A stretch of DNA of 64,000 nucleotides from Candidatus Coprovivens sp. (GTDB lineage: Bacteria > Bacillota_I > Bacilli_A > RF39 > UBA660): the NCBI GenBank assembly GCA_051892935.1, contig JBJFGS010000025.1, forward strand, positions 85,346-149,345, written 5' to 3'. The position numbers and the translations under genes are program-made. This document shows, in pieces, positions 41,485 through 53,000 of this stretch (positions are counted from its first letter, which is position 1; every line of letters begins with the position of its first letter). Below the pieces are notes generated by a model. That model was not told the DNA's origin, made no database searches, and saw only the letters and a program-made list of their open reading frames with translations.

Positions 41485-42411
41485 ATGATATCAAATGAAA
41501 TAAGTGCCGACGGAATAAAACAAAAACTATATCAAAAAGCAAGAAGTTTCAAAAATTTCGAAAATTTAAATGAAGATGATTTAGTTAGAATATCTAAAAA
41601 AGTATATTATAAACAAGAAAGCAATCAAGAACCAACACTATTAAATCTCGTTTCAAATAAATTATCAAAATATTTAAATACATTAAGATATTTAACAAAT
41701 CCACAAATTCACATAGAATTACCAAATTACGATGAAAGAATAATATATTTAATAATGAGTTCTGACCCAGACTTAGTAATATATAAAGAATTTTTAAAAA
41801 GAAATATAACAACTATTAAAGAAATAAATAGCGAGCAAGATATCCGTAAAAAAGAAGAATTAATTGAAAAACGCAGTATTGAAATAATGGAATATCAAGC
41901 AAAAGTAAGAAGTTTAATAGGTTTTTATGATAGTCAACTATTAAAATTTGAAGAAATATATTTTAAGAAATTTACAAGTAAATATGAATTAATTACTGAT
42001 GTAAGACAAGACTACACAACAAAACTACTAGCTATCGTACCTTTATTCAAAAATCTATCTCCATTAAGTCAAAAAAGATATAAAGAATTACAAGAAAAAG
42101 CAACAATATGGCTTAATGAAACACACGCAATAAATAATTTACACACAGTTGCATATAGTTGCAATATCCAAAAAGAAACTATAGGTTTAAATAGTATATT
42201 AGAACAATTAGTATTTTTCATACTAGTTGCCGATCCTAATTTAAAATGTCTTCAAATATACGAAGAAGAATCAAAAATGAGCGAAGTACAAAGAAGAATA
42301 GAAGAAGAATTTGGTTATTATAACATTAACTTAATATTATTAGAAAAAATATACCATCAAGCTTTTTGTCCTGATAAAGAATTAAGTCCATGGACATTAA
42401 AAAAACAATAG
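41485..42411 (+). CDS. Hypothetical protein with internal duplication
   Basis: Two copies of I/L...DP(D/N)L and G(F/Y)Y(D/N)..L...E.IY. Confidence 0.7.
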   Translation: MISNEISADGIKQKLYQKARSFKNFENLNEDDLVRISKKVYYKQESNQEPTLLNLVSNKLSKYLNTLRYLTNPQIHIELPNYDERIIYLIMSSDPDLVIYKEFLKRNITTIKEINSEQDIRKKEELIEKRSIEIMEYQAKVRSLIGFYDSQLLKFEEIYFKKFTSKYELITDVRQDYTTKLLAIVPLFKNLSPLSQKRYKELQEKATIWLNETHAINNLHTVAYSCNIQKETIGLNSILEQLVFFILVADPNLKCLQIYEEESKMSEVQRRIEEEFGYYNINLILLEKIYHQAFCPDKELSPWTLKKQ

Positions 42412-42430
42412 AAACAAATTTCTATTGTTT

Positions 42431-44267
42431 TTATTTAGCTAATTTTTTAACACTATTTTTATTCTTTAATCCTAAAAACAATTTTTTACCAACAAATTTA
42501 ACAGCTACAATAATATATGCACATGATAATAATAAATCAACACAGTTTAAGACTTTAGCAACCGGTAAATCAGGATAATTACTTAAATCAATTTCAATAG
42601 TACCAGCAACATACTCAGAATCCACCTTATCAATAAAATCATCACCAAATACAGAATAATCATATAAAAAACTTACATCGCAATGTTTCATATCATTACT
42701 AGCTCCCGTATCAGTACATACATTAGTAACTTGTTTCATTACAGGAGTATATCCATCTTCTAAAGAAGATTCAACTTCCACAATTTCATCTAAAGTAACA
42801 TCATCATAACTCAATTTTTCATTAGTAGAATATTGTGGACCACCAGACTTCCATACATACCAATTAGTATCATTTAAATCAATATGTTCTCCATTCTTAT
42901 TCAAAGAATCATTAATCAAACTTAAAGTATGACCATTTCCATAAATTCCTATTTTAGAAAAACCATTTCCCAAACATTTTTGTTCGAATACTTCCATTAA
43001 TCTATAATAATCATTACCACTAAAATACTCTTCAAAATCTAAAAATACAGAAATATTCTCCCTATTAAGTTCAATTCCATTATTTTCCATTTCCTTATTT
43101 AAAACAGAAAAATATTCATCTAATCTTTCTTCATAGACAGATACTTTCATATCTGAAGAAACACAAAAATATAAACCTAAACTTATATCATTATTCACAA
43201 CATTAATTATCTGATTAGTACATTCTTCTATATATGAACCACTATTATCAATATAATTACGAGGATCTCTAGCTACTTCAACTATAACATAATCAGAAGT
43301 TTCCTTAACTCTATTCCAATCTATATTAACTTGATAATTACTTATGTCAATTCCTCTTGCAACAGCATAGCTATAAGTAACATTATTACTTACTGTATCA
43401 ACTGTCTTATACAAATTAGGAATTAATATTACATCCCCAACATTTAACTCACTTTTGTCATTATTATAAAAAATCAAATCATTTTCACTAAGACCAAATT
43501 GTAAAGCTAAAGAATGATAAGTATCTCCAAGTTGAACTCTATAAGAAGAACTATATACTAATTTGTGAGATGAATTTAAACCCTTTTTTAATATTATATT
43601 TGATAAATCTTCCTTAGCTGTAATACTACCTTGTAAATCTTTATGAATAGTATAAGTACCATCAAATTTAATTTGACTACTATCTTGAACTAAAAAACAA
43701 TCATAATTACTTAAGTCATATATGAAACGATTACAATCCACTAAATTTGAATCTTTACCATACATTCCTAAATACATATCACTTCTCTCAGCTTTACTAA
43801 CAAAAGCTTCTATAATTTCTTTCCTTTGAGCATTATTAAGATTTTTATTTTCCATAACACCATCAATATTACAATAAACAGGTAAATCAATCTTATAATC
43901 TTTAACAATTGCTTGTAAATAATCAACATCTTTATATATTTGAGCTAAATCGTAAGCTTTAGTATCTAATATTAAACCGACACTAATATCTAATTCATCA
44001 CACTTTTCTAGTTTAGCTTTTACAGCACTAATATTCATTAAAATCACTTGTACTAACATGTAACACAACAAAATTATTAGTATGAACTACAGTATTATAT
44101 TTTATCCCAATATTTTCATATCCAACAGTATTCTCATTCGATTTATCACTAGATTCTTATACTATATTAGTTTTTATTAAAGCCCCAGTTTTTAAAAAAG
44201 CTGCTGGTGTCCCTAACAAAAATAGTATTTTTTCCAAAATGCTAAAAAACTTTTTACTCTTTTTCAT
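42431..44267 (-). pseudogene. GH25-like muramidase / LysM / GH25 protein with a disrupted 5' end
   Basis: LysM (YRVQLGDT..SLA..FG), GH25 (GIDISNYQ.NIDW, FLDFEE), C-terminal TM. The RBS and ATG at 44267 lead into an in-frame TAA at 44159-44157 and then a frameshift near 44040. Confidence 0.65.
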
Positions 44268-44347
44268 AAATACTCCCCTTTTTATATCTTTTATAATAAA
44301 AAATGAAAAAATTATGCAACAAAAAATGCCATATAAAAAACGACACT

Positions 44348-45418
44348 TTACATTTTTTTGTCGTTTTTTAAATCATTAGTAATAAACATTGCATCTCCAA
44401 AACTAAAAAATCTATATTTTTCTAAAACAGCAATTCTATAAGCGTTTAATATATTTTCTCTACTAGATAATGCAGAAACTAACATAACCAAAGTACTTTT
44501 AGGTAAATGAAAATTAGTTATTAAACAATCGATAGCTTTAAATTCATAACCAGGATATATAAATATATCAGTATTACCAGAACAAGCTTTAAAAACACCA
44601 TTATTATTAGTAGCAATTGTTTCTAAAGTTCTAGTACTTGTAGTACCAACAGCAATTATACGCCTTCCATCTTTTTTTGCATCATTTAAAATACTAGCAG
44701 TTGTATCATTCATAACATAATACTCACTATGCATATGATGATCTAATATATTAGAAACTTCAACAGGCCTAAAAGTCCCCAATCCAACATGCAAAGTTAC
44801 ATATGTAATAATAACACCTTTATCTTCTATTTTCTTTAATAATTGAGGAGTAAAATGTAGACCAGCAGTTGGAGCAGCAGCACTACCAATATTTTTTGCA
44901 TATACAGTTTGATATCTACTATTCTCTTCAAGTTTTTCATGTATATAAGGTGGCAAAGGCATACTTCCAAGTCTATCCAATATTTCCATTAAAATCCCCT
45001 CATATAATAACTGAACATGAACCAAACCTTCTGTAAACTTTTCTACTACTTTAGCTTTTAATTCCCCATTACCAAAAGAAATAATAGTCCCTATCTTCAA
45101 TCTTTTAGCAGGCTTAGATAAACATTCCCATTTATTAGAACCCAAATCCTTAAGTAACAAAAGTTCTATAACAGCACCAGTTTCTTCCTTAATGCCAATC
45201 AATCTTGCAGGAATAACCTTAGTATCATTAAGAACTAAAACATCACCTTTATGTAAATAATCAATAATGTTAGTAAAATGCTCGTGTTTTAATTCTCCAG
45301 TAACTTTGTCCATAACCAATAATCTTGAAGAATCTCTCACTTTTAAAGGAGTTTGTGCAATTAATTCATTAGGCAATTCATAATCAAAATCATTTACATT
45401 CATCTTAATACACCCCAA
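44348..45418 (-). CDS. queA: SAM:tRNA ribosyltransferase-isomerase
   Basis: [45 protein letters not shown]. Likely start 45403. Confidence 0.97.
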   Translation of the reverse strand: MGCIKMNVNDFDYELPNELIAQTPLKVRDSSRLLVMDKVTGELKHEHFTNIIDYLHKGDVLVLNDTKVIPARLIGIKEETGAVIELLLLKDLGSNKWECLSKPAKRLKIGTIISFGNGELKAKVVEKFTEGLVHVQLLYEGILMEILDRLGSMPLPPYIHEKLEENSRYQTVYAKNIGSAAAPTAGLHFTPQLLKKIEDKGVIITYVTLHVGLGTFRPVEVSNILDHHMHSEYYVMNDTTASILNDAKKDGRRIIAVGTTSTRTLETIATNNNGVFKACSGNTDIFIYPGYEFKAIDCLITNFHLPKSTLVMLVSALSSRENILNAYRIAVLEKYRFFSFGDAMFITNDLKNDKKM

Positions 45419-45483
45419 TCAATACCATTAAATTATAAATACTTTTTTAAAAAAAGTCTACACAAAAAAAGAATGACTAAAAA

Positions 45484-46395
45484 TCATTCTATTGATAGTT
45501 TAAATTTATTAAGTAAAGGTGTTAAAAAACTAATAACAAGTATTCCAAAATAAACACCAATATTAAATCTAACTAAATTAATCATTACTGCAGCAACGAT
45601 TCCTACTAAAATAGCATAAATAATCCTACCACTTCTAACAACCGGAGTTGCAGTCGATAAAGAAGCAACAAAAACTGCAATAAACACAAATCCGCTATTA
45701 AAAGTATTAACTAGTAATTCATTAAATGTTACAACCTTACCAAAATATAAAAGTACACTCACTAAAGCATAGCTTACTAAACAAATAATAGGAATATCCT
45801 TCTTATAATAAGAATTAAATAATAATATGATATAACCAACTATGGCAAGCAAAGTTGATGTAACCCCTATCTCACCAACACCCATACCTAAGAATAATTT
45901 AGCTGGGTCACTTTCAACAACTTTCAAAGTAACTTCATGATAATTCATATTACTATATAAACTCATTAAACTTAAAACTAAAAACAATATACATTTATAT
46001 AAAGCAACCCTATTAACACATACTTTTTGATCAAGAAACTTCATAACAACATCTAAAACTACTATTAAAGGAATAGTAATATATAGTTTATTAGCAGGTC
46101 CTGTAACCAAATAACACAATGTATTAATATAAGGAATAATTGAATTAATAATATTATTATTATCTTCATCTTTTTTTATACATAAATAATAATATGTCTC
46201 AAATACATAACTAAGTATTACAATTATAATAGGAATAATTAAATATTGTAGTGATAAAAACAAACTTAACTCCCCAGACTTATAAACCATTAGCCCATTT
46301 TTATAAAAAGAAAATATTATAATAGGAAGTATACTAACTAAGTATAACATATTAATACCAAATATCTTATTTTTCTTTACAAACCCTTTTTTCAT
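45484..46395 (-). CDS. RnfD/NqrB-like membrane protein (divergent)
   Basis: LFLG.G.GEIG.TS, ATP...SGRIIY, TPLL; coupled to an RnfC-like gene. Confidence 0.7.
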   Translation of the reverse strand: MKKGFVKKNKIFGINMLYLVSILPIIIFSFYKNGLMVYKSGELSLFLSLQYLIIPIIIVILSYVFETYYYLCIKKDEDNNNIINSIIPYINTLCYLVTGPANKLYITIPLIVVLDVVMKFLDQKVCVNRVALYKCILFLVLSLMSLYSNMNYHEVTLKVVESDPAKLFLGMGVGEIGVTSTLLAIVGYIILLFNSYYKKDIPIICLVSYALVSVLLYFGKVVTFNELLVNTFNSGFVFIAVFVASLSTATPVVRSGRIIYAILVGIVAAVMINLVRFNIGVYFGILVISFLTPLLNKFKLSIE

Positions 46396-47537
46396 ACTTC
46401 TTCTTTCTCCCTACTAATTAAATTTCTATTTGCCGGACAAACAAAATTACATAATCCACACCTAATACAAGTAGAATCTAATTTCTTATTTAGAGGATTA
46501 AGTCCCATAGGACAAACATCAACACACTTACCACATTTAATACACTTAGATGGAACAGAATCATCTTTTTCAAATATAAATACTGTTTTAACATTATCAG
46601 TAACAGTAAGAGCCTCTATATTAGAACACTTAACTTTTCTCATAAAATTATTTAAATAAATATCTTTATTATCAATAATCGGATTGATTGTATCTAATAT
46701 AACTTCTTTTAAATTAGCACCATACTTTGTATTAATAACATAAGCTTTTGTAGGATCATCTAACATAACAGTAATATATCTTTGACTAACAGGTAACCTA
46801 TCCTTTAAAGCGACAAATATTTTATATAAAGACAAAGTATCCAAAAATAATATTTCTTCTAATTTATATTCATTAAAATACTTTTTAGCAATAACACCAT
46901 TAGTATTATAAGGAAAAACTTCATTAATTACTATAAAATTAATATTAGGGTAACTACTAATCAAAGTTTTAACAGCATAAACATTATTATCATCATATTT
47001 ATTTAATAAAAGATAAGCATCTAAGTTAAATCTTCTAGATAATAAATTAATTGTTTCTAATAAGTTTTTAACATTATCTTGAAATAAGTAATTATTATTA
47101 AATTGATAAGGCTCAATATCCATTCCATTAACAACTAAAACCTTACTATTAGCTTTTAACTTATTTACTATTAATCTATTTTCAAAAGAAATTCCTAATT
47201 CCTGACATACACTAATTATTTCATCTTTCTTAATATCTTCAATTATCGATACTGAAGCTTCGCTATTTAATGTTGAATCATTTTTATCATTAGTAATAAC
47301 TAATGAATCTTGTTTTCTTTCAATAGTACCAGAAACAGTTGCATAAGTTTTAATACCAGTAGGAGATTCAACTAACAATTGATTAATATAAACATAATCA
47401 TTAGTATCAACATATATAGAATCTCCTTCTCTAAAAAAGACTTCAACAGTATTTGGAATAAAATATTCTTTCTTTTCAATATCTATTTTCTTTTCATCAT
47501 TATTAAACTTATAAGTCAGTTTCAAATAAAACACCAC
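46392..47537 (-). CDS. RnfC-like ferredoxin-domain protein (divergent)
   Basis: ATVSGTI, VVNGMDIEPY, two CxxCxxCxxxCP clusters. Confidence 0.72.
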   Translation of the reverse strand: MVFYLKLTYKFNNDEKKIDIEKKEYFIPNTVEVFFREGDSIYVDTNDYVYINQLLVESPTGIKTYATVSGTIERKQDSLVITNDKNDSTLNSEASVSIIEDIKKDEIISVCQELGISFENRLIVNKLKANSKVLVVNGMDIEPYQFNNNYLFQDNVKNLLETINLLSRRFNLDAYLLLNKYDDNNVYAVKTLISSYPNINFIVINEVFPYNTNGVIAKKYFNEYKLEEILFLDTLSLYKIFVALKDRLPVSQRYITVMLDDPTKAYVINTKYGANLKEVILDTINPIIDNKDIYLNNFMRKVKCSNIEALTVTDNVKTVFIFEKDDSVPSKCIKCGKCVDVCPMGLNPLNKKLDSTCIRCGLCNFVCPANRNLISREKEEV

Positions 47538-47541
47538 ATTT

Positions 47542-49317
47542 CTATTCTTTATTATATTTACTATCCAAGTATTCTTTTAATTCGATAGCTACATTAGTTG
47601 GTAATATTTCCTCTACTTCTTGAAGTGTTGCTTCTCTCATTTTCGCTATACTACCAAATTTTTTTATTAATTGTTTCTTTCTAACAGGCCCAATCCCTTC
47701 AATATCATCTAAAACACTACTTATACTGCCTTTACTTCTAAGTGTTCTATGATAATTTATAGTGAATCTATGTACTTCATCTTGCATTCTTGTCAAATAA
47801 TGAAATACGTTACTCATTCTATCTATATTAATAACACTTAAATCAGAAGAAATCAAGTCATTAGTTCTATGTTTATCATTCTTTTTTAAACCAACAACCA
47901 TTATATTAAGATGTAAAAGTTCTAATATTTCTTTTGCAGCTCTAATTTGATTCTCTCCTCCATCTACAATAATCAACTCTGGAAGACTTGTTTTATCAAC
48001 TAAAGCTCTCTGATACCTTCTATATAATATTTCCTTCATCGTATTATAATCATCATTTACATCAACTGAAACTTTATATTTACGATATTCATTTTTAGCA
48101 GGCTTACCATCAATAAATACTACCATACCAGAAACAGCAAAACTACCAAAAAGATTTGAATTATCAAAAACATCAATTCTATAAATAGAATCCAAACCTA
48201 ATATCTTAGCTAATTCATCATTAGCTTTACTAGTCATAACTTCATCTTTTTTTATTTCTTCAAATCTATTATTCAAATTAAGCTTAGCATTATCAAAAGC
48301 CATCTCTAATAAATCTTTTTTAACACCTTTCTGCGGAATAATAAAGTTAGTATTAACTACAGATTTTAAATTTTCTATATTTAATGAATCAGGAATTAAA
48401 ATTTCTTTTGGGATCTCATTTCTACTATAAAATTTAGCAATATAATACTCAATATCATCATTAATATCTAAATTAATTGGAAATATTTCATTCTTATGAT
48501 TTAATAACTTACCATTTCTAATAAATAATATTTCAATAGATAAATAACCATTATCAACAAAATAAGAAATAACATCTCTATTAACAAAATCATGCAATTC
48601 GACTTTTTGTTTATCTAAAACAATATCAATATACTCTAATTCTTTCTTTAAATCCAAAGCCATTTCAAAGTTTAAATTTTCACTATACTTAGTAATTTTA
48701 TCCATAATCTTATTTCTAAGTATTTCATCATTACCTCTTAAAAAAGATAGTATTTCATTTTCCATATCAACTATTTTATCTTTATCTATTTTATTACTAC
48801 AATAACCTAAACATTCACCAATATGATAATATAAACATACTTCTTTAGGATTACCTTCGCACTTTTTTAGAGGATATAATCTATTAAGCAAGTTTACTAT
48901 TCTTCTAGCAGCATAAGCATTAGGATATGGACCAAATAGTTTTTTTCCATCTTTCTTCCTAATATTTAGATATCTTGATACTTTAAGTTTAGGATATGGA
49001 TCACTAATATACTCAATATAAGGATAACTCTTATCATCAGTAAGCATAATATTATACTTAGGATTAAATTCCTTAATTAAATTAATTTCTATTATAAATG
49101 CTTCAAGTTCAGAAGAAGCTACAATATATTGAAAGTCCTCAATTAAACTAACCATTTTCGCCGTTTTACCAGTATGAACCCTATTAAAATAAGAAGAAAG
49201 TCTTTTATTCAAATCTTTAGCTTTTCCAACATAAATAATATTCCCATTCTTATCTTTCATTTGATAAGAACCAGGTTTATGAGGTACTAAAGCTAATTTA
49301 TCTTTAAATTTCATCAT
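47542..49317 (-). CDS. uvrC: Excinuclease ABC subunit C
   Basis: GIY-YIG (PGSYQM..IIYVGKAK), FDNS, DGG, QDEVHRF, HhH. Confidence 0.97.
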   Translation of the reverse strand: MMKFKDKLALVPHKPGSYQMKDKNGNIIYVGKAKDLNKRLSSYFNRVHTGKTAKMVSLIEDFQYIVASSELEAFIIEINLIKEFNPKYNIMLTDDKSYPYIEYISDPYPKLKVSRYLNIRKKDGKKLFGPYPNAYAARRIVNLLNRLYPLKKCEGNPKEVCLYYHIGECLGYCSNKIDKDKIVDMENEILSFLRGNDEILRNKIMDKITKYSENLNFEMALDLKKELEYIDIVLDKQKVELHDFVNRDVISYFVDNGYLSIEILFIRNGKLLNHKNEIFPINLDINDDIEYYIAKFYSRNEIPKEILIPDSLNIENLKSVVNTNFIIPQKGVKKDLLEMAFDNAKLNLNNRFEEIKKDEVMTSKANDELAKILGLDSIYRIDVFDNSNLFGSFAVSGMVVFIDGKPAKNEYRKYKVSVDVNDDYNTMKEILYRRYQRALVDKTSLPELIIVDGGENQIRAAKEILELLHLNIMVVGLKKNDKHRTNDLISSDLSVINIDRMSNVFHYLTRMQDEVHRFTINYHRTLRSKGSISSVLDDIEGIGPVRKKQLIKKFGSIAKMREATLQEVEEILPTNVAIELKEYLDSKYNKE

Positions 49318-49777
49318 CTACCTCCTTATTTAACAAATAATTATAAAGAGCTAAACACCCTTCATTAATTTCATTATAAGCAGTATCAAAATCTCCACTA
49401 TACCACGGATCATCTATATCTTTATTACTACCAGTAAATTCCAATAATAAATGAATTTTATTATCAACATCAGGTCCAACTATTTGTATAACATCTCTTT
49501 TATTTCTCTGTTCCATTACAATAATATAATTATATAAATTATAATCTTCTCTTTTTATTTGAGTAGCCTTATGACTTTCACAAGTAACTCCCTCACTAAC
49601 AAGTTTTTGTCTTGCTTGAGGATACATTTCATGACCAAGTTCTTCTATACTAGTAGCTCTTGATGCACAAGTAAACATATAACGTTTACTATTCTTATAT
49701 ATAAGATCTTTAAAAATCATTTCAGCCATAGGACTTCTACAAATATTTCCATAGCATACAAACAGAATGTTATACAT
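49304..49777 (-). CDS. Low-molecular-weight protein tyrosine phosphatase
   Basis: VCYGNICRSPMAE and DPWY. Confidence 0.93.
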   Translation of the reverse strand: MYNILFVCYGNICRSPMAEMIFKDLIYKNSKRYMFTCASRATSIEELGHEMYPQARQKLVSEGVTCESHKATQIKREDYNLYNYIIVMEQRNKRDVIQIVGPDVDNKIHLLLEFTGSNKDIDDPWYSGDFDTAYNEINEGCLALYNYLLNKEVDDEI

Positions 49778-49828
49778 ACTATCACCTTACAATATTATAA
49801 CATAAAGAATAATTATTATTTCATATAT

Positions 49829-50044
49829 CTATCTTTTTTTGGCTTTTTTCTTTTCATCAGAAGTGGTATAAGAAGTTACGTTACTATGAACCATTTCTGC
49901 AAAAAGAGAGTTTGATATTACTTCATTCATATCTTCACCATCCAAAAGCGAATCAACAAATTGTAATTCATCATTTTCATCATACCTTTTAACAATTTTC
50001 AATCCTTCTTTTAAAGAAATCAACTTTTCTTTTTCATTACTCAT
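49829..50044 (-). CDS. 71-aa hypothetical protein coupled to the giant gene
   Basis: ATGA overlap with the 2331-aa gene stop; GGAGG RBS. Confidence 0.65.
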   Translation of the reverse strand: MSNEKEKLISLKEGLKIVKRYDENDELQFVDSLLDGEDMNEVISNSLFAEMVHSNVTSYTTSDEKKKAKKR

Positions 50045-53000
50045 AATGTAACTCCTCCACTCTTTTTAAGATTCTCTAATTCTAAAACATACTCTTCCAT
50101 CTTAATAATAGCATCATTTCTTCTTTTCAAAATCAACTCTAATACTTGATCAGCTTTATCTTTACCTAAAGAAACGGCATATTTTCTAAATAAATCCTTA
50201 TAATCATCATCACTTAAAAGTTTAACTTTATTTATTGTATCAGTAATAACAGATAAATCAAGATCTATTTCTCCGTTCCTATACCTAGTAAATAATATTT
50301 GATAAATAGGAATACGATGATTACCATTAGGAGTAAAAGAATAATCTGCATTCAATGTTCTATCATCACTTATAAACCTAAACGATTGTTCTTTGTCAAT
50401 TCCTCTCAAATTATTTGAACTATCTATAATAAAATTTCCAACATAACAATCAAAATTACATAGTAAAAAGTCAATAACATATTCTCTTAGCAAAGCAGAA
50501 GAATAACAATAATCTAACTCTCCACCTTTATTAACCCAATCCTTAAGTACATCAGAATTATCCTCACTTATCTCCACTAATTCTTGTTTAGAAAATCTCA
50601 ATTTACCCCCAATACTCTCAACTCTTACTGAAGTACCAGGAGATAAAAATTCTTGTAATTTAGAAGCCGCTTCTTGAATATCAGCTCTAAAAGGTTGTAA
50701 AGCATAGTTATTTTTATCTACTGCTGGTTTTAGTAAGAAACTATCATCATCAATATCATATCTATACATAATTCCAGACTCTCCCAAATTAGCAGTTTCA
50801 AGAGCTACAATTTCTTCTTTAGACATTCCTCTTAAAACAGTTAAAGTTTTTCTAAAAAGACCAATACGAGTCAATTCTTTTTTACAGTCAGGTAAATCAA
50901 CTATTATTTGACAAACAATGCTTTCCATCTCGTATAAAGATTTACACAAATAATCAAAAGATATTTCACTATTACGATACTTATCATTCAAAATAGTTAA
51001 ACAATAATCTACTTTTTCTTTTATACTAACATTTGGATTATTCTCTTGTATCCCATCAAAGAATATAGAATACATCAACGAATAATTAGGACTAATTTTA
51101 AAATCAGCTTTAGCTTTCTTTAAATCTTCCACTTTCTTAGTATCATAAGCATAAACATCAAATTTAATAATTGGAACATCAACTCCAAGAAAATCACTAA
51201 AATACTTAGCAGCCCTAATTGTAGCCTCATTTGGTACATCACCAACACAAGCCAAAGCACAAGGAAGCATACCTTCTCTAAAACCAGCTACTTCATTATA
51301 AGAACAATGCTTATAACAACTACACTGATTAAGAGCATTCAAATTTGTAAAAGCATTAATATTAGCAGTTGGTTCAATCTTATAACCACCATGCTCAACA
51401 AATAAATCTCTACCATTCATAAAAAGCATAAAACTCTTAGGTAAACTATTAAACAAATAAACAACACCATTATTATCTCTATTATTTATAAACCAAAATC
51501 CTTTATCGGAAATACTAGATGTAGATAATGTCGAAGCTCCTTCTAACTTAGTCCATAAAGAAGGATCATTAATTAACATCTCCTTAAAACCAGACATATT
51601 AGTATCATAAGAATAAATCCTATGGACTAAAAAATTAAACTTTTCAGAATTCATTTCAATAATAGTAACACCATAAGGATTATTAGGATCACCCTTATCA
51701 ATACGTTTACTTTTCAAATCCTCAATATTAGTAAGTCTTCCATTAAATTGATAATTATGTAACAATCTAATCTTAGCAATAATATTTCTCACTTCATCAC
51801 AATAATCTAAAACTCCTGCATTGTCATTTATAAGTTTAGTCATTAAATCTTTTAATTCATTGATATTTTGAGATTCTATAATTCTACTCATTAATGTAAT
51901 AATAGCTACATCTTTCTTATTGTAAAAACATTCTTTAAATATTTGATTAGCTCTTTCCAAACCATAACATTCTATAATATCTTCTCGTAAAGTTTTTAGA
52001 TTTAAATAATTATTTAATTGGAAATTATTAAAATCTTTTGCTAAAGAAGCGATATCAGCATATCCAAATAAAGTAGCTAAAACATTCTTAATTTCAGCAA
52101 TATTATTCGAATTTAATTTAATCATCCAAAAATCTTGTGTTTTCTTTTCATATTGTTTAAGTTCATCATATGTTTTAATATCATACAAATTATTGCCTAT
52201 AATAACTTTTCTAAGATTAGAAATATCAATTTCACTTAATTCATAATTTGAATTACAAATATCAATTATTAACTCTTTATACTTATCAAAATTCCTAAAA
52301 GCATAATGAACTCTTTTATCATCATTATCAAACAAATTATAACGACAAACAATATCATAATAACTACTAAGTAAATTAGCATTATTAGCTTTTATTTCTT
52401 TAGATATCACTGAAACAGCAGGTGTATTATATTTAATAACATCAAGTACAAATTCAAGACCAAATAACGGATAAATATATTTAACAACATCATAATTAAA
52501 AACAGGATTCTTTTCTAAAGTATTTAATTTACCATTAGATTTTAAAATAAATAAAGCATTCTTAAAAACAATTTGTAAATCACTATCAAATATTTCAAGA
52601 TCAATAAATGGTAAAACTGTTACAATCTTTCTGAAAGTAAAACCATTTTCATTAGTCAAATCACTATCGTAAGAATTAATAGCATTTGCAAAAACACTTC
52701 TAATAACATTATCATTTTTATCTATTAATCTAAAATCCTTCAAATTACTAAGTAAAAAATCAGCAACGAAAAAACAATTATTCTTATTATTAATATCAAA
52801 ATTTGAAAAATGAATAATCTTCAAAACTTTAGAAACCGATAATAAATGTCTATCAATAGTCGAAAAATCATCTATATAAGCAAAAGTACGTTCATTCAAA
52901 AATTCCAGAGGAAGTTGAAATAAAATTGAAGGAGCAGTTTTTAAAGCAGCCACAACCATTTCCTCATCTATTTCAATTAAAGAAGAAATTCTAGTTAAAT

